Assembly: GCA_029953675.1 (NCBI GenBank)
Contig: JAMWBK010000004.1
Location: forward strand, 3,038,001 to 3,102,000
DNA length: 64,000 nt
Direction: 5' to 3'
DNA from: Rhodosorus marinus CCMP1338
Taxonomy: Eukaryota; Plantae; Rhodophyta
The position numbers were made by a program, and so were the translations under genes. Under the pieces are notes generated by a model, which was not told where the DNA came from, ran no database searches, and saw nothing but the letters and a program-made list of their open reading frames with translations. This document shows, piece by piece, positions 49,042 through 61,866 of this stretch; positions within the stretch are counted from its first letter, which is position 1, and every line of letters starts with the position of its first letter.

Positions 49042-51536
49042 CGTTACGCCTCTATGACGAAATCGACCCTCGTTTGAACGTAAGAAGCTAAATCGAGTTG
49101 ATTGATCCAGGGTCCTAGTAGAGCAATACGAAAGGCGTTTGTAGGGGGTTGATTGGGCACAAGGTCAATTATCTGCAACAAGGTATTCTTCCGAACATGA
49201 TTGGTTCACACGATCTTATGTTCCTGGTTCTTCACTAATCTAGTGGTGACAGAAATGTATATCTCATTGTGTCATTGGTTGTCACGTTTTGCGCCTTGAC
49301 CAAAAAGTCATGGATGTGGTCTCGCCACGAAAATTGAAGCAAGGGGCGGTGCTCGAAACCGTTTGAAAAAGCAGCTTATCGAAAAACCCGAGTGGCGCTC
49401 GTGGTATTGAGTATAAATACAAATTATTGAAATATTTATATCGATATATCTTTAGTCGCCTAATTAACGATATGATATCTCTCCGCTACCCGGGCCTAGT
49501 CATAGAGTCGTACAAATTTCAAGTGTTAGCGTCGACAAGATTGCTTAGATTCTGATCGTGATCGCTGATTGGCCAGTTCTCTTGTCGGAGTTTCCTGATT
49601 TTGCCCCCAAGGTGCAAATGCTCTCAAGACCCTGTGATGGGTTACTTTGTGTTTATTAGTTTCCGAACTACCCCAACATGTCCTTCGATTCCGGAGTGTT
49701 CTTAGAATTTTCTGTCGACCTAGCAGGAAGAAATATTCTTCATAACATCCCCTGAGGGGGGGAGGGTGGGGGACGACGAGCGCTAATCGTTACCATACTA
49801 CAGCAACTCCGGCGGTTCGCTCCATGAAACATTGGATCCAAGAGAGATTTTTTCTAGTAACAAAAGCAGAAATATCAAAATATACTGTCACCACCCTCGG
49901 CAATATTTTTACTCGGAGATGAACATATTAATTATTGGAAAATATTCTAAGGATTTTTGCCCGGAAAGCAAGATCAGCTGGGCGGCAATCATTGTCTCCA
50001 ATAGTGAAACAGCCAAAAATCAACAAAAATACCTCAACATAATTGGTTAGTGGCTGGTGCGAGGGAGCTACTATTGTCCGAACCGAGCTACTTTTGCAGG
50101 ATGAGATATAATTGGATGATCGATGCACTTATATATTTTTTCCGCAGAGAATTGGGTTTCTCAATTTCATTTGAAAATCATTTTTACCTTTGAAAAAGTG
50201 AGGAGTTCCCACCCAGGATCGTATTTCCTTAAATAAGAAGAGATCGCGTTGTGTAATCAGAATGCACGTTCCTTATTTGCAATTGGCTGTAACGTTCAGA
50301 AAGTAAGATGGAATCTGAAATACAAAAGGCCAATTGAGCGAGCATTAGATCCGTCTACAATTGACAGGGTAAGGGTATCCAGGCGGGAAGTGTCGTCACT
50401 ATGCCCGTCGTAGGTCCCTCGTCGTTCCCTCGCACATACCGCTTCTGCAACGAAAGAGTCCTCTACGGTACGGTTCCCGACCGGCTTGGCAGTGATAATC
50501 GGATTTCACTTTTGGGCAAACCTTGGGCTGTACTCTGTTCAGGTGGAAATCCTGCAACGTGGGTGGGGTGTGCTCGAGAGTGGAACTCGCACTCGAGGGA
50601 GGACCTCGCGAGCCGGGCGTTGTAAAAAGAAGCAAGAGTTAATGATTGATTCAAACCATCATATCCTAGCCGCGCCCGTTCATGAAGTATTTCAGTTTTT
50701 TCGTTCTATTTCCACGCAGCGAGGCTCGCATATTGGATTTTGAGAGGCGAGGCCCCGATTTTGTTTTCAGAATGGTTCCACCTGCTCTTGACTGCGAAAT
50801 GCTTATGCAGAGGACTTCTTTAGGTTTTCGATTGATTTGTTGCAGAATATGGACATTAAAAGGGGCTGGAACCGGTAATCCTAAAACTGGGGGTGGAACT
50901 GAATAATCTACTAAGCATCACTTGCAGGGATTTGTGCGTGTGTCTACTTTGTACAAGATTGGGCATATAGTTTTTTTTGTCACTTCCGTAGTCTGAGGAG
51001 GAAAACTCACCCAAATTACACGCCTGTTCAAAAGGAGGAAGTTGTGTCCTTCCCCAAGGTTCCAAACATGGGCTCTGTCACGCTTGTCGGCCCTTGAGTT
51101 GTCGGGGAAAGAGATGTAGAATCTGTCCAGCACGTCGCAATGGTGAAATGGATGCAGTTCTAAAAGTGCTAGAAGAAAACCTGTGTGGGCAGCTAGACTG
51201 CAACCTCGCCAGAAACCTCGTTGCTGCGCTTACATGCGCCTGCCAACACCCGTTGATGTTCGAGCTGCCAATTGCAGTCCCAGAACCTAAGTTCATCTTT
51301 CTGTGATCACCGTTCAACAACTCTTTCCAGCCGACTACGCACGGAAGGCAAATGCCCTCGGGAACACGATGATATTCTCACCAAGAACGGGTCGCGAGAA
51401 GGAATCAAAAGCGAACCGACCCCGACCTCATCTAACCAAGTAGGTCAAGTGTCAAACTGAAACCAAAAATGTATAGAGTAAACCTGACAAATCTGAACGG
51501 CAACAATCATGAATTCTACTAAAACTATTCCAAGTA

Positions 51537-51654
51537 GGGTTGTCCCAAGTGGGTCGGCTTTTTTGCTGTTTACGACCCAGAAGTGGTTAAACATGCGAAA
51601 ACGGGGGTTTTAGATGGGTAAACAGCGAAAAACCCGACCCACTTCGCACAACCC
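51537..51654. mobile_element. MITE-like element, 118 bp, 37-bp terminal inverted repeats
   Basis: Left arm GGGTTGTCCCAAGTGGGTCGGCTTTTTTGCTGTTTAC (51537-51573) versus reverse complement of 51618-51654 GGGTTGTGCGAAGTGGGTCGGGTTTTTCGCTGTTTAC: 33/37 identical; 44-bp spacer; no clean target-site duplication. Confidence 0.65.
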
Positions 51655-52278
51655 AAAAGCACTCGTAGACACATTATTTTCGAAGAAAAATGGTGACTGA
51701 AAAATAGCAGAATTTTGATATCGCGTTTGTTGGCAGGGGGAAGGTGCGGGGCTGGAATTGGGGCGCTTTGCCATTCCTGAAATTCAGGCTGAAAAATGTC
51801 GTCTTCAGTTATGGTTCGTTTAGGCACTTGAACAAGGATAAGCAAGGTTGAAGGATTGTGTCACCAGTCCCAGGATATTCTTCTGGTATCAGGTATTGTA
51901 ATAATGGGATTCCTGAGAAATGATCGATGATAACGAGTTCCTGAGCAACGGAGAAGACTTGTGTTCGTGCACGAGTCTTCGCACAAAACGCCCCTTGTTT
52001 TTGCGCATTAGGAAATTGGTAGTTGGCACGGGGTCCTTGCCCTCGGTGACGTTTTCGAGTTGAGGCTTACTACGCTCTTGGATATCTTTCTGAGAGGCTT
52101 GAAGGACCGGTCGCACATGATGTTGATGTTGTCCTGGTCGAGAACTGTTGCGAACCGCCCGTGTATTCCTTGTGTGACCTACGAAGGCTGCGTTGATGAA
52201 CAACCGTCACCCCCTGATCTTGATGTCGCTTGTCCAGTCCTCTATCAGCTGCGCATCACTGCACGGCTTCTGCCGAGA

Positions 52279-52339
52279 CGGTAGGACGAATGCACGGTAG
52301 GACGAATTTGCTCGTCCTACCGGCCCGAATTCGTCCTAC
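52279..52339. repeat. Nested direct plus inverted repeat (double hairpin)
   Basis: CGGTAGGACGAAT at 52279 and 52295, followed by inverted TCGTCCTACCG (52312) and ATTCGTCCTAC (52329). Confidence 0.85.
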
Positions 52340-53117
52340 GTAGCCCCAGCAGCTCAATACTAGAGATAGCTACAGATCGCCAGCACTGAGTTAAGAAAAC
52401 CAGAAAGTACACCCTCCCCAGACTCCAATGCTTGGCTCCTCTGCTCTTCACTAGTACAAAGTACTTGTCTCGGAATAAGATCCTTCTTCTAGTACAATTC
52501 ATCCTCTGCACGCACATATCGAACGAGAATCTCAGCGGTCGGCGTACGATTGTGTTGGCTCAAATTCATGGACCACTCTAAATCAATCAACATGGATCTC
52601 CTTGATAGGGGCGGTGAGTTCTCTTGATGCGCACCCCGAAAGAACGATGGCCGATGGACGGTGGGGGCATTAGGTTGATTAGCGCCAGAGCCCACAGCAT
52701 GCAGTGGATTAGGATCTGATAACTAGAGTGTAGGAATCTGCTGGATGCGAAAGTCGCATGAAAGCCCCAGCGGAAGAACGAGTCACGTGCGGTGACACGT
52801 AGGGGACTCTCAACTCCGATATCTTGAGAAGCATTGGATGATAACGTTCTACGCTCACTGGGGATACCCTGATTATATCCTCCCCTTGATCTACACGCGC
52901 GAAGCTGTAGTGCAGCAAGTACGTTGGGGTGGGGCCGTAGTAACAAAGGAGTTCGTGGAGGGAAGCGCGGCGTAAGGTCCACGTCCCCGTACTTCCAACA
53001 TTGAGGTGCGGTGATTCGCTTTGGTGGGGAGCGTTCGCTATCTCGCGCTTGACTACAGACTGAGTTGAACTCCTTCTGGCTAGTAGTGAAAAAGATCTGC
53101 TAGCTAGAATCGCAAAA

Positions 53118-54625
53118 ATGGACGGACGGAAGGATGATAAGTCAGAACATGGCGAAGGTTCCGGATTGCAAAACTTAGAGAACTCGGAACTCCTGGAAGA
53201 TGACGAGTCTGTTGACAATACGGTCCGCAATCTAAGCATTGCTGTTGGCCTTTTCGGGATCGCGTTCGCGGGGAACGTTTTTCAAGCCACGAAGACGAGG
53301 TACACACCGGGAAAAGACGCTTCGAAAGCGTACAATCTAATGGCGAAGTATAGGTTACTTACTGGAGGCCATTACATCAAGAAACCGCCTTGGTTAGTAC
53401 GCAAATATGGAGACCGAAATGGTACTGCTGTTCCCCTGTTCCAGCGCGAAAAGGATGGTTAAGTCCTCTAATGCTCAAGTCTGAACTTTTCTTTCACTGT
53501 TTATGAAGTCACGGACGAGATGATCGAGAAAGACATAGAGGAAGGATTTCTGAAACGACGGAGCGCCAGGGAGAGACTAGATCTTGACAATTGGAAATCC
53601 CTGCGTATACAAAGGGCAAAGCAACAGCAGAAGAGGGTGTCGCCGGAGGAACTGGAGAAGAGAGCTGATGAATTCAAGGAAATGAAACTTGGAGCTATGT
53701 TCAGGGGCGGGTTGCTTTCTTTAAAGGAACTGTAAGGATTGTTGCCAACTATGATCAAGTATTGCAAATGCCGGAATATGGCTGCGCGGATCAGTGCCAT
53801 GCAGGCCCATCTAGCATATGACAAGATGCCGACTGGTTTTTAAGATGCATTGAATGAAGATCGGCAGCCTTTGTTCTTCTCTGAAGAATTTCGCTCGTTA
53901 CTTATCCCTTTACTAGGGACGAGGTGAAGGAGACTCTAGCCTCCAGAGAAGCGATGGAGAGGATGTCGTGGGAGCATGAAAGGGCAGAGTGAGTCGGAAA
54001 GTTCCTGTGCTCACAGACCAAGTTGAAAATGGTGTTTTAGCCTGAATCCCCTTTTGAATTCCCTTCGCATTTCTAGTGCCTTTATTGGCCCGTTCGCTCC
54101 GCGAAGGATCAACATTACTGGTGAGGATCCAATCCACCACTTTGCAGAGTCAGAGGCTCAAACGCACAGCGGGATCAAGATCGAAAGTTCCTTCGAGGAA
54201 ATGATAATCCTTCTGGAAGATCTAGTCAGCCGTCAAGGCAAGAGCTATTACGATGTTCTCGGAATCAAATCCAACGCCTCAATGGATGACGTGAAAGACG
54301 CGTACAGACAGGAGGTGAGCTCTTCCGCGTGGAACGGGGAGTCCATCCTTTGATCAGACTTGTGACGCGAAGACGAAAGCCCAACCGTTCAGATCCCAGC
54401 TTGAATTTGTCGAGGCCGGCCTCATTGTAGCAGTCGCTGAGCTTTTCTTCTCGTCCTCTTTTATCTTGCTCTTTTCAGTTGAAGAAGTGGCACCCGGACA
54501 CCTACGAAGGTCAGAACCCGGAGGAGGCTTCAAAGAAGTTCCGGGAGGTTTTGACTGCGTATCAAGTGTTAGCGGACGAGCAGGCAAGAGGCCGATACGA
54601 CCAGGTGAAGCGTCAAGCAGAGTGA
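53118..54625 (+). CDS. Membrane protein with C-terminal DnaJ domain
   Basis: Five exons join in frame; TM-like LSIAVGLFGIAFAGNVF near N-terminus; J-domain SYYDVLGIKSNAS...AYRQE|LKKWHPD...KKFREVLTAYQVLADEQARGRYD. Confidence 0.82.
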
Positions 54626-55081
54626 GCAGAGAACGCAAGAGCTGGCCCGCCAGGGGAAGAGAACACCCTTGGTCTTCGTCTCTTGTTGTGGTTTTTGGAT
54701 GGGCAACGCAGAACGTTTCTTCTATAGTTCTGTTTTGAAGATGGGAGGTGGAGCTTCGACATTTCGATTATTTATCTTCAAGAAAAGTACATGTATCTTT
54801 TTCCTAGAACGCCTCGCCGTCCTCGAGAACGTTGAACAGCGAGTTCAACCGACTCTCACACTGCGAAACAACTCTCCCAGCAAAAAGGCCGGATGAACTC
54901 GGTCGGGTTTGTAGAGGCCGTAAATTAAAGGTTAAGTTAAAACAATGTCTTGATGGTATGCACCTCACTGATGTCCGGGTGACTCTGCCCTTTGGTTATC
55001 CGCGATGCGCGTCAACTGCATTAAATGCAAACACACGAGCTTCCCGTCGCGCCCATGGTCAAGACCTAAGCGGCTGTGGGT

Positions 55082-58000
55082 CTACTTTGCATCGTACCAC
55101 GAATCGCCAACATTTAGACTCACGGACATTGCCACATGGAGCGGGACGTCGAACGGATTCTCCAGAATGTGTTTGACAATCGATGCTGCCTCGTCCGAAT
55201 TCTCCGCGGGTCCTTCGAGGATGATCTCGTCATGCACCTGAGGAGGTCCGCAAGAGTCAGCGTGGTGCAAATGTAGCTTTGGTATGCTTTGGCAGAACAC
55301 ACCTGGAGGACCATCAGCCAACCCAGCTCTCGCAGGCGATCGCTCTCGTATATACGAATCATTGCCGCCATAACGATGTCCGCCGCGGAGCCTTGGATTG
55401 GCGTGTTAATCGCGGCTCTCAGGTTGTGTTGCCACACGGAAACGTCGGATGATAGAATGCCAGGGAGATCACGACGTCTCCCTAGCAGCGTGGCTACGTA
55501 CTGGTTGATTGTCGCAAAGCGCTTCGTCTGATTCTGCCATTCTCGAACCTGTTCAAATACCAACTTGTCATGCTAAAGATATCCATTGCGTAGTGAGCTT
55601 GCAGGTTCTCACCTCAGGTCTGTCTGCGTACCAAGCCCGAAGGGTCTCCCTCGCCACTTCCTGCGGCACACCCCAGTCTTTAGCAAGGCCCTTCGCCGTT
55701 TTACCATAAGCGATGGAAAAGTTCAAGACTTTCGCTCGTTTCCGTTCCAGCGCAAACTGGTCTTTCAACAGAGGCGTATCAGTTGAGCCCGCGCTTGAGC
55801 TGTCAGCTTCCAGGAGAACCTAAAACGTCACCGGGTAAAGTTCAGCTCAAGCACGGTGGAGCTACGTTTGGTGGTAGTACGAGGTCGGTAATCTTGCTCC
55901 CGGGCATGCCGTCGAGGATGGATCGCTTACAGTCCCGTTCTCAACAGCCTCCTTAACATGAGGATACATTGACATAGCTGTTCTCGAGTGAAAGTCGCCG
56001 CCCGCCCTGAAGGCTTCTATCATCGACTTGCACCTAGTGATGTGAGCTAGTACTCGAAGCTCTAGTTGAGCGTAGTCGGCCTTAAATTCAAAAAGCGAGC
56101 GAGGTAAAACATCCTTCCTTTTGCTTGGTTGCTATTGCCAAAAAGAGGGCTTCTTACCACGATCAGCTTGTTCCCAGGTTCTCGGACGAATGCCTTCCTT
56201 ATCCCGAGCTTATCCTTGTCCAACGCAGGTTGGTTCTGAAGATTAGGCCTCCGAGACGAGAGCCGACCAGTTTCGGTGTTGAGATTCAAGCTTGAGTGTA
56301 TCCTAGAGCCACTATCGGCGGATGCTTGCAGCGGGCGAATAAAAGTGTTCGTGAGTGTGGCCAGTGTCTTTGCTTCACAAAGAGAATGAATTGCCTTGCA
56401 ACCTTACGAGGGGGGAAGAATGTTTTGTTCAGAAAGCGTTATGACGCAGGTTTGGAGCCGTGTCAAGGATTTGCAGTTCTCTCCTCAGGTCATACCAGTC
56501 TCGCCAATGAACGGGTAAGCCTTTCCCTTCTTGCCAATGCTCATATCTCCCGCTAAGTCTCTCAAAACTTTCTCCGATGAGCTGGGCCAGAATTGTGATG
56601 TCACTTCCTCTACAGGCAGACGCAGACCTTCGATCTTGAACGTGGCCTTGTCTTCGGTCTTGAACTGGTTGGCATTATTCAGCACTTCTCCGGTCTGACA
56701 TAACAGAGGAAGAACAAAAGAAGCTCGCTGACAATCAGCTTCGTCCCCATCTCATCTCGTTTTGCTCACATGTACAAGAGCATCACCTTCATGTTTCTAT
56801 ATGGCGCAAAAAATAGAGCCTGCTTTTGCTTGTCGGACATGAGGTTCATGTGCCCCGCGGCTTCTGGTTGTATCGTCGCGAGCCAGCTGCGAAATTCCGA
56901 CTTTGCCAGCTCGGACGCTTCTTGTGCTTTCTCCTCAGCTACTTTCAGGTGCTCGATGTCGATCTTCATACCAACCCTCTCAATTTCAATCAAGGATTCT
57001 CCGAAAGGGATCATGTACGCCGAATATACATCCCACAGAGACATTCGGTTTCCCATGTAGTCCTCTGTTGGGCGACTGCGAAGCAGGTTGTAAAGCTTGT
57101 TCGCCAGCATCCATGTTACCTCCGCGTCTTTCGTAGAGTAGTCTATCCATCGCTGGCAGTGTTCCTCACTATTTTGCAAATCCAGAAGTGGTGGTAGCAC
57201 GAGTTTCTTCCCCGGTTTACCGTCCTTGTTGAGTTTTGGAACAGAGAATAAGGTTTTCATGGACTCCTTGGGCTTGACTTCCGGGAGGAAGTATGCACTA
57301 AGGAACTCTAGGCTGTAAGAGTATATTGAAGTGTCGAGTAGCCTTGCCATATGCATTGTATCGCCGGCGAAGCCATCGCAGTTGATTCCCTCGTTCAACA
57401 GGACGTGCTTGTCAAAACTGTAATTGTGCCATACCTACACGAAATCGTTGATGTGCAGAGATGTATTAGCTGAAGACGAAGAAAAGATAATCCCGATGAC
57501 ACAGCGGGGGATTTGTTCTGTACCTTTCCGATTTTTGGGTTCTGGAAGTAGTCTTTGAAACATTGCAGTATTCCATCCTGGGTATTGTCTATCCACAATT
57601 TATTCCCATTCCCGAAGTCAACGTCTTTTCCACAGAACGCAGACGCACATATCACTCTGCCCTTTCCAACAGGACTTTCGGTGGTTGGGTCCACACCTTC
57701 AGTCTCAGTATCCCAGGCGTGAGTTCTAGTACTGTCAACAAAGAGGAGAATGTCAAACGCAATTTTCCCATGTTAGCATGGCGCCCTCACTTCAACACGG
57801 GAGGTGTGGGATGCCCGAGGAAGAAGTTCAGCGATGACAAGGCAAACCAAAAAGGAGATCCTTAGTTGATGCGGATAACTTACATTGCCTGGTCGCTCTG
57901 AAGCGCTCGCAAGGCCTCAAAAGCTTTTTCTTTTGTGTCTACAATCGTCACGTCCTGAATGTCCCTCCGAAGCCGGTTAACCTTCTGACTCGTATTTGGC

Positions 58001-58134
58001 ACGTGAAAAATTGACGGCAGACTATGGGTCGATGATGCACTCCTGTCGACTGCTGTGTTGAGACCCCTGCTCTGCCCAACAGAAGCACCGATTCTGTGAG
58101 GGAGGGATTTCAGCACCAGACATGCCCTCCCCAT
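55082..58134 (-). CDS. Organellar family-A DNA polymerase (POP / PolI-like) with 3'-5' exonuclease
   Basis: ExoI HAWDTETEG, DTMHMARL, LNLNTETGRLSSRRPNLQNQP, motif A ADYAQLELRVLAH, motif B RKRAKVLNFSIAYG, INTPIQGSAADI, motif C QVHDEIILE; targeting-like N-terminus. Confidence 0.95.
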
Positions 58135-59429
58135 GTCCAACCTAACAGTCCTTCAACAGACTCATCCCTTGAAACGAAAACCTGCAACCATAAACAGATC
58201 GGGCAAGCATGGCAACACTCGAAAATCCAGTCCTTTCCGACTCTGCCTGATGAACTCTCTTGCGCACGTCAACCAACCCACTTTCAAGTCACTTGCCAAT
58301 TACCCCCTCCTCGCAACCCCCACGACCTGCAAGAGTTTTCCCCATCCCACCTACCTCTCCAACAACACTCCACCATCCGAACAAAGCCTTTGCCCCATTT
58401 CCTCAAAGTTTCGCGTTCAGCAAGGGGGGCCGGAAAAAAGTACCAGAAAAGCGCTGGGTTGTACACAGACGACAGGTATGCTGCTGGGCAGTTCCCAAGA
58501 TTTTTTTGGCCATTCCTCCCCGCGCCCATACCGTCGATACCTTCGTCATGATGTTTCTGTTTCATCTAGGCACCAGGGAACAAACGTTCTGAGCCCCAAC
58601 CTTTTTCCCGGGGAAACTTCTCCCTTTTTTTGGATTTTTTCCATACCCGTTCCTCAATAGCTCCCTTTCTTCTGTTTCCCCGTTTCCCCTCTGCCGGGAC
58701 CCCCCCCCCTTTTTGATTCTCACTACCTGACTCGATAATCCTATTCTAGATGAAGTTTCCCCGTCCATTTCGTTACCATTGTACTTTTATGAAGAACAGT
58801 AGGACGTAATTTTTGAACGGGGGATGCCCATAATTGCTTTTTGATTTGGCCAATTGGATCATCTCTAACAATTTGAATTTCAGGGGATAATCTCAATTCA
58901 CCGATGTGACATGTTGCGGACAGATTCCGAGAGGAGGCCACCGAACGGTCTTTTGCGGGGATGATATACACAATATGCTTCGGGATAGACACAGGATCGC
59001 TGAATATGCGCGGATTTCAAACCGCTCGATTGCTGATGATTTTTCTCTTAAAATTTGAATCTGGCGGTGTCATAAGTTGGTATCGGATAGGACGGATCTT
59101 TTTGAATCTCGGATTGCATTTTGCCATCTGGAGTGGTGGGGTTGCGTTTCAACTTGAAAAGAGTGACGCATCGAGTAGTTGTCCAAAGAAATGGGGAGAG
59201 CTTTCTCTCATCGCCGTTTTTGTCAGCTTCAACCGCTGAGACGGGGGGTAACAGCGGTTATCTCACTGCTCAGCGCTTGGAAGTCTTTCTTGTCGGTTTT
59301 CAGACCATATTGCGCGAGCCGATCTGCACCGATTTATCAAAGGCTCACCTTTTCATTTCCTGTGGAGCCTACAGCAGTCTCTCTGGTCATAGACCGGATC
59401 CGGTTGGAACATGTTTTTAATAGTCAAGG

Positions 59430-61866
59430 TTATTCTTTGTCCTGTTCAGGGTCCGCGTACTTTGCTATGCTGATGGCTCCATCGATTTGCTTCTCACTGA
59501 GCAACACCTTTCGATATCCGAGCTCAGCCTGACTGTAGGCTTTTCTTCTCTTGGGCGCAAAAAGTGAAACGCCTCCTCCAGCTGGCTCCAATAGCCAAGG
59601 ATGGTTAATAATTTGTTCGACTTTCACCCTCTTAGAAGGATCCTTTTCTCCGAGAATCTTCCGCAAGAAATCCTTCGCCTTGGCCGATACCTTTGGGGTA
59701 TCAGGAAACTCAAGTCGTGACGTTGTGATTGCCTCTTGGATGCTTTCTGCGCTATTTCCGAGAAACGGAGCCCGACCGTAAACCATAAAATACATTAAAG
59801 CGCCAACCGACCAAGCGTCTGTCGCGTAGGCATCGCGTGGAGTCTTCGGCCTCTTCTTCGCTTCCCGACATCGCTCAGGAGCGGAAAACGCAAAGGCGCT
59901 GGCAGTTTGGACTTCGGTGCCGAACGCGATTGGTTCCGACCGTTTTGAATGCTCGTAGAATATTCCACCCAAAGGATTAACTTTGAGGGATCCGTCTGCC
60001 GCAAATAGCAAGTTATCAGGACGAATATTACCGAGAGTTACTCGACGGGAATGTAAATACATCACGCCACCGGCAACGTCATTGATCAACTTACGAGCCA
60101 TGTCCTAGTACGAAGTAAAAAGAATCCGGTCAACAGGATGCTAGAACACTCCCCTCTCTCCAAGAGCAAGCGTCGTACCACGAAAAGACAGAGTACACAC
60201 GATTGCGTGAAACGATTACCTCCGAAACCGCCTTGTTTCCGTCGAGTTTGTATCCGCTTACAACAATCCCCCTAGGTACATGTTCAAACACAGCATAGAG
60301 ACCATCCTGATCCCGACATTGAAGAAAATCCCTGTACTTCAAAACGTTAGGGTGGTCCAGTTCCTTCACACATGCGAGCACCTCTGGTCCCAGAAGCGCC
60401 GATATGGTCGTGCTGAGTAGCTTGATACTGTAGAAACCCAACTCAGCCGCGCTGAAAGCAAGAATCGCTTGACTCCGCGGCGTGTCTGGAGAATCCAGCA
60501 GGTAGTAATCACCAACCTACATCCAGTTAGAAAATGCGTCAACATTTAACCTTCGCGCACTCACGCCTAAGCATTAGCCCTAGCGTCGTAACCTGAGTGG
60601 ATCAGTCTCTATTTTCGACGAACTGCAACCAACCTGGACCTTATTGCGCAGGGCAGCACGACCCCATGAGTCCAGAAGTGGATCATAGTCTTCCCTTTCA
60701 GAGGTATTGAGTCCTTGCATAAATATTTTCGCTTGCAGGGATGAAAAGCACGCAAGGCACCGGACCCAGACCTGTAAATCTTGATGGTTGGACATTGACA
60801 ACCCCAGCCGCTTCCTGTCCGCCGTTTCGACCAGGATCGCTCGGGTCTCATTCCATCCTTTCACGACCCGAATCTGATTTGAATTGGCGAGCAAGAAACA
60901 AGGGTTTTTAAAACCTCCTGCCTCATGCAAAAGGATGCGATATCGTGCTCAAACACTGGAGGAATACAACTCACCTCCTCAAGTTCTAGAGATCCGACTC
61001 CCTTTCGCTTGCTGCTCCAGTGCAACGTCTTTAAATTAGGATCCAGCCAAACTCTCCTGTCTACAGCAGAGAGAAATAATTTTCGTTTCTTTGTCGCTCC
61101 AGTCCCAGACAGCAACTCTACTACACATTCAAGCACAGATCGATCATACGGTGCTCTCCGTTTCAATCGAGTGGCGACGTCGTTCCAGAAGTGCTCCTCA
61201 TTTTCATCGTATTCGAGACCAAGACGATCCTCGTCTGCAGCATCATCATCCTCATCGTACTCCGAGTGTACTCTCAGCCAGGATTCCGCAGAGAGCTTAG
61301 AGTAGTTAGAATCCTGTCGAACGATGTCCAGATCTTCATCACTGCTGTATATATCATAGTCATCAGCTTCTTCCATATCATTGCTTTCCCTGTTCGCATC
61401 GTCCGCGGGTCTTTTCATGCCGCTCTCCCGACCCTCGAAAACCTCAGAATATTGCCTTGCCAGCAATCCCGTCGGAATGAGGATACGCGGGGGAGATCCT
61501 CTCCGTATCTACCTCTTGCCTACTCCAGTGGCAAGTATCACGCTGATCGGCATCAAATTTGGCGCGACTGAAGCATTGGCCACGGTTCTGATCCACCAAG
61601 AGCTTAAAGGAGAGTTCGCGCACGTCGCAACCATGAACAACCCGGCGAGCCCGTAGAACCCTCAGAGCTTGAGTAATCCCCTCCACGGGAACAGCAGATC
61701 TCCTCCAGACCTCACCCTCCACTGCAGGCCTCAGTCCACCTGACTTGCTCCCGCGCACAGCAGCTTTCCATTGAACCAGGTCAGGTCCTTGAGAACAACG
61801 GTCGAGCCGAAACCATGTTTCCCAATTAAAACGAGAACCAACGATGAAAACAGGAAAAAATTTCAA
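59430..61866 (-). CDS. PH-domain-containing CaMKK/GRIK-like pseudokinase
   Basis: YSIKLL, KELDHPNVL, LYAVFEHV, YLHS, FSAPE, DAWSVGALMYFMVYGRAPF, HPWL; PH-like RRVWLDPNLKTLHWSSK; catalytic motifs degenerate; start uncertain. Confidence 0.8.

Noticed and set aside
23403-49473. Shared short words between two AT-rich cores (GATGTGGTCTC; ATATCGTTAATT)
   Set aside because: Matches are 11-12 bp in inconsistent orientations with no alignable sequence between them.
17071-52339. Short repeats considered as CRISPR-like arrays
   Set aside because: No repeat-spacer alternation, no cas genes, and the context is eukaryotic.
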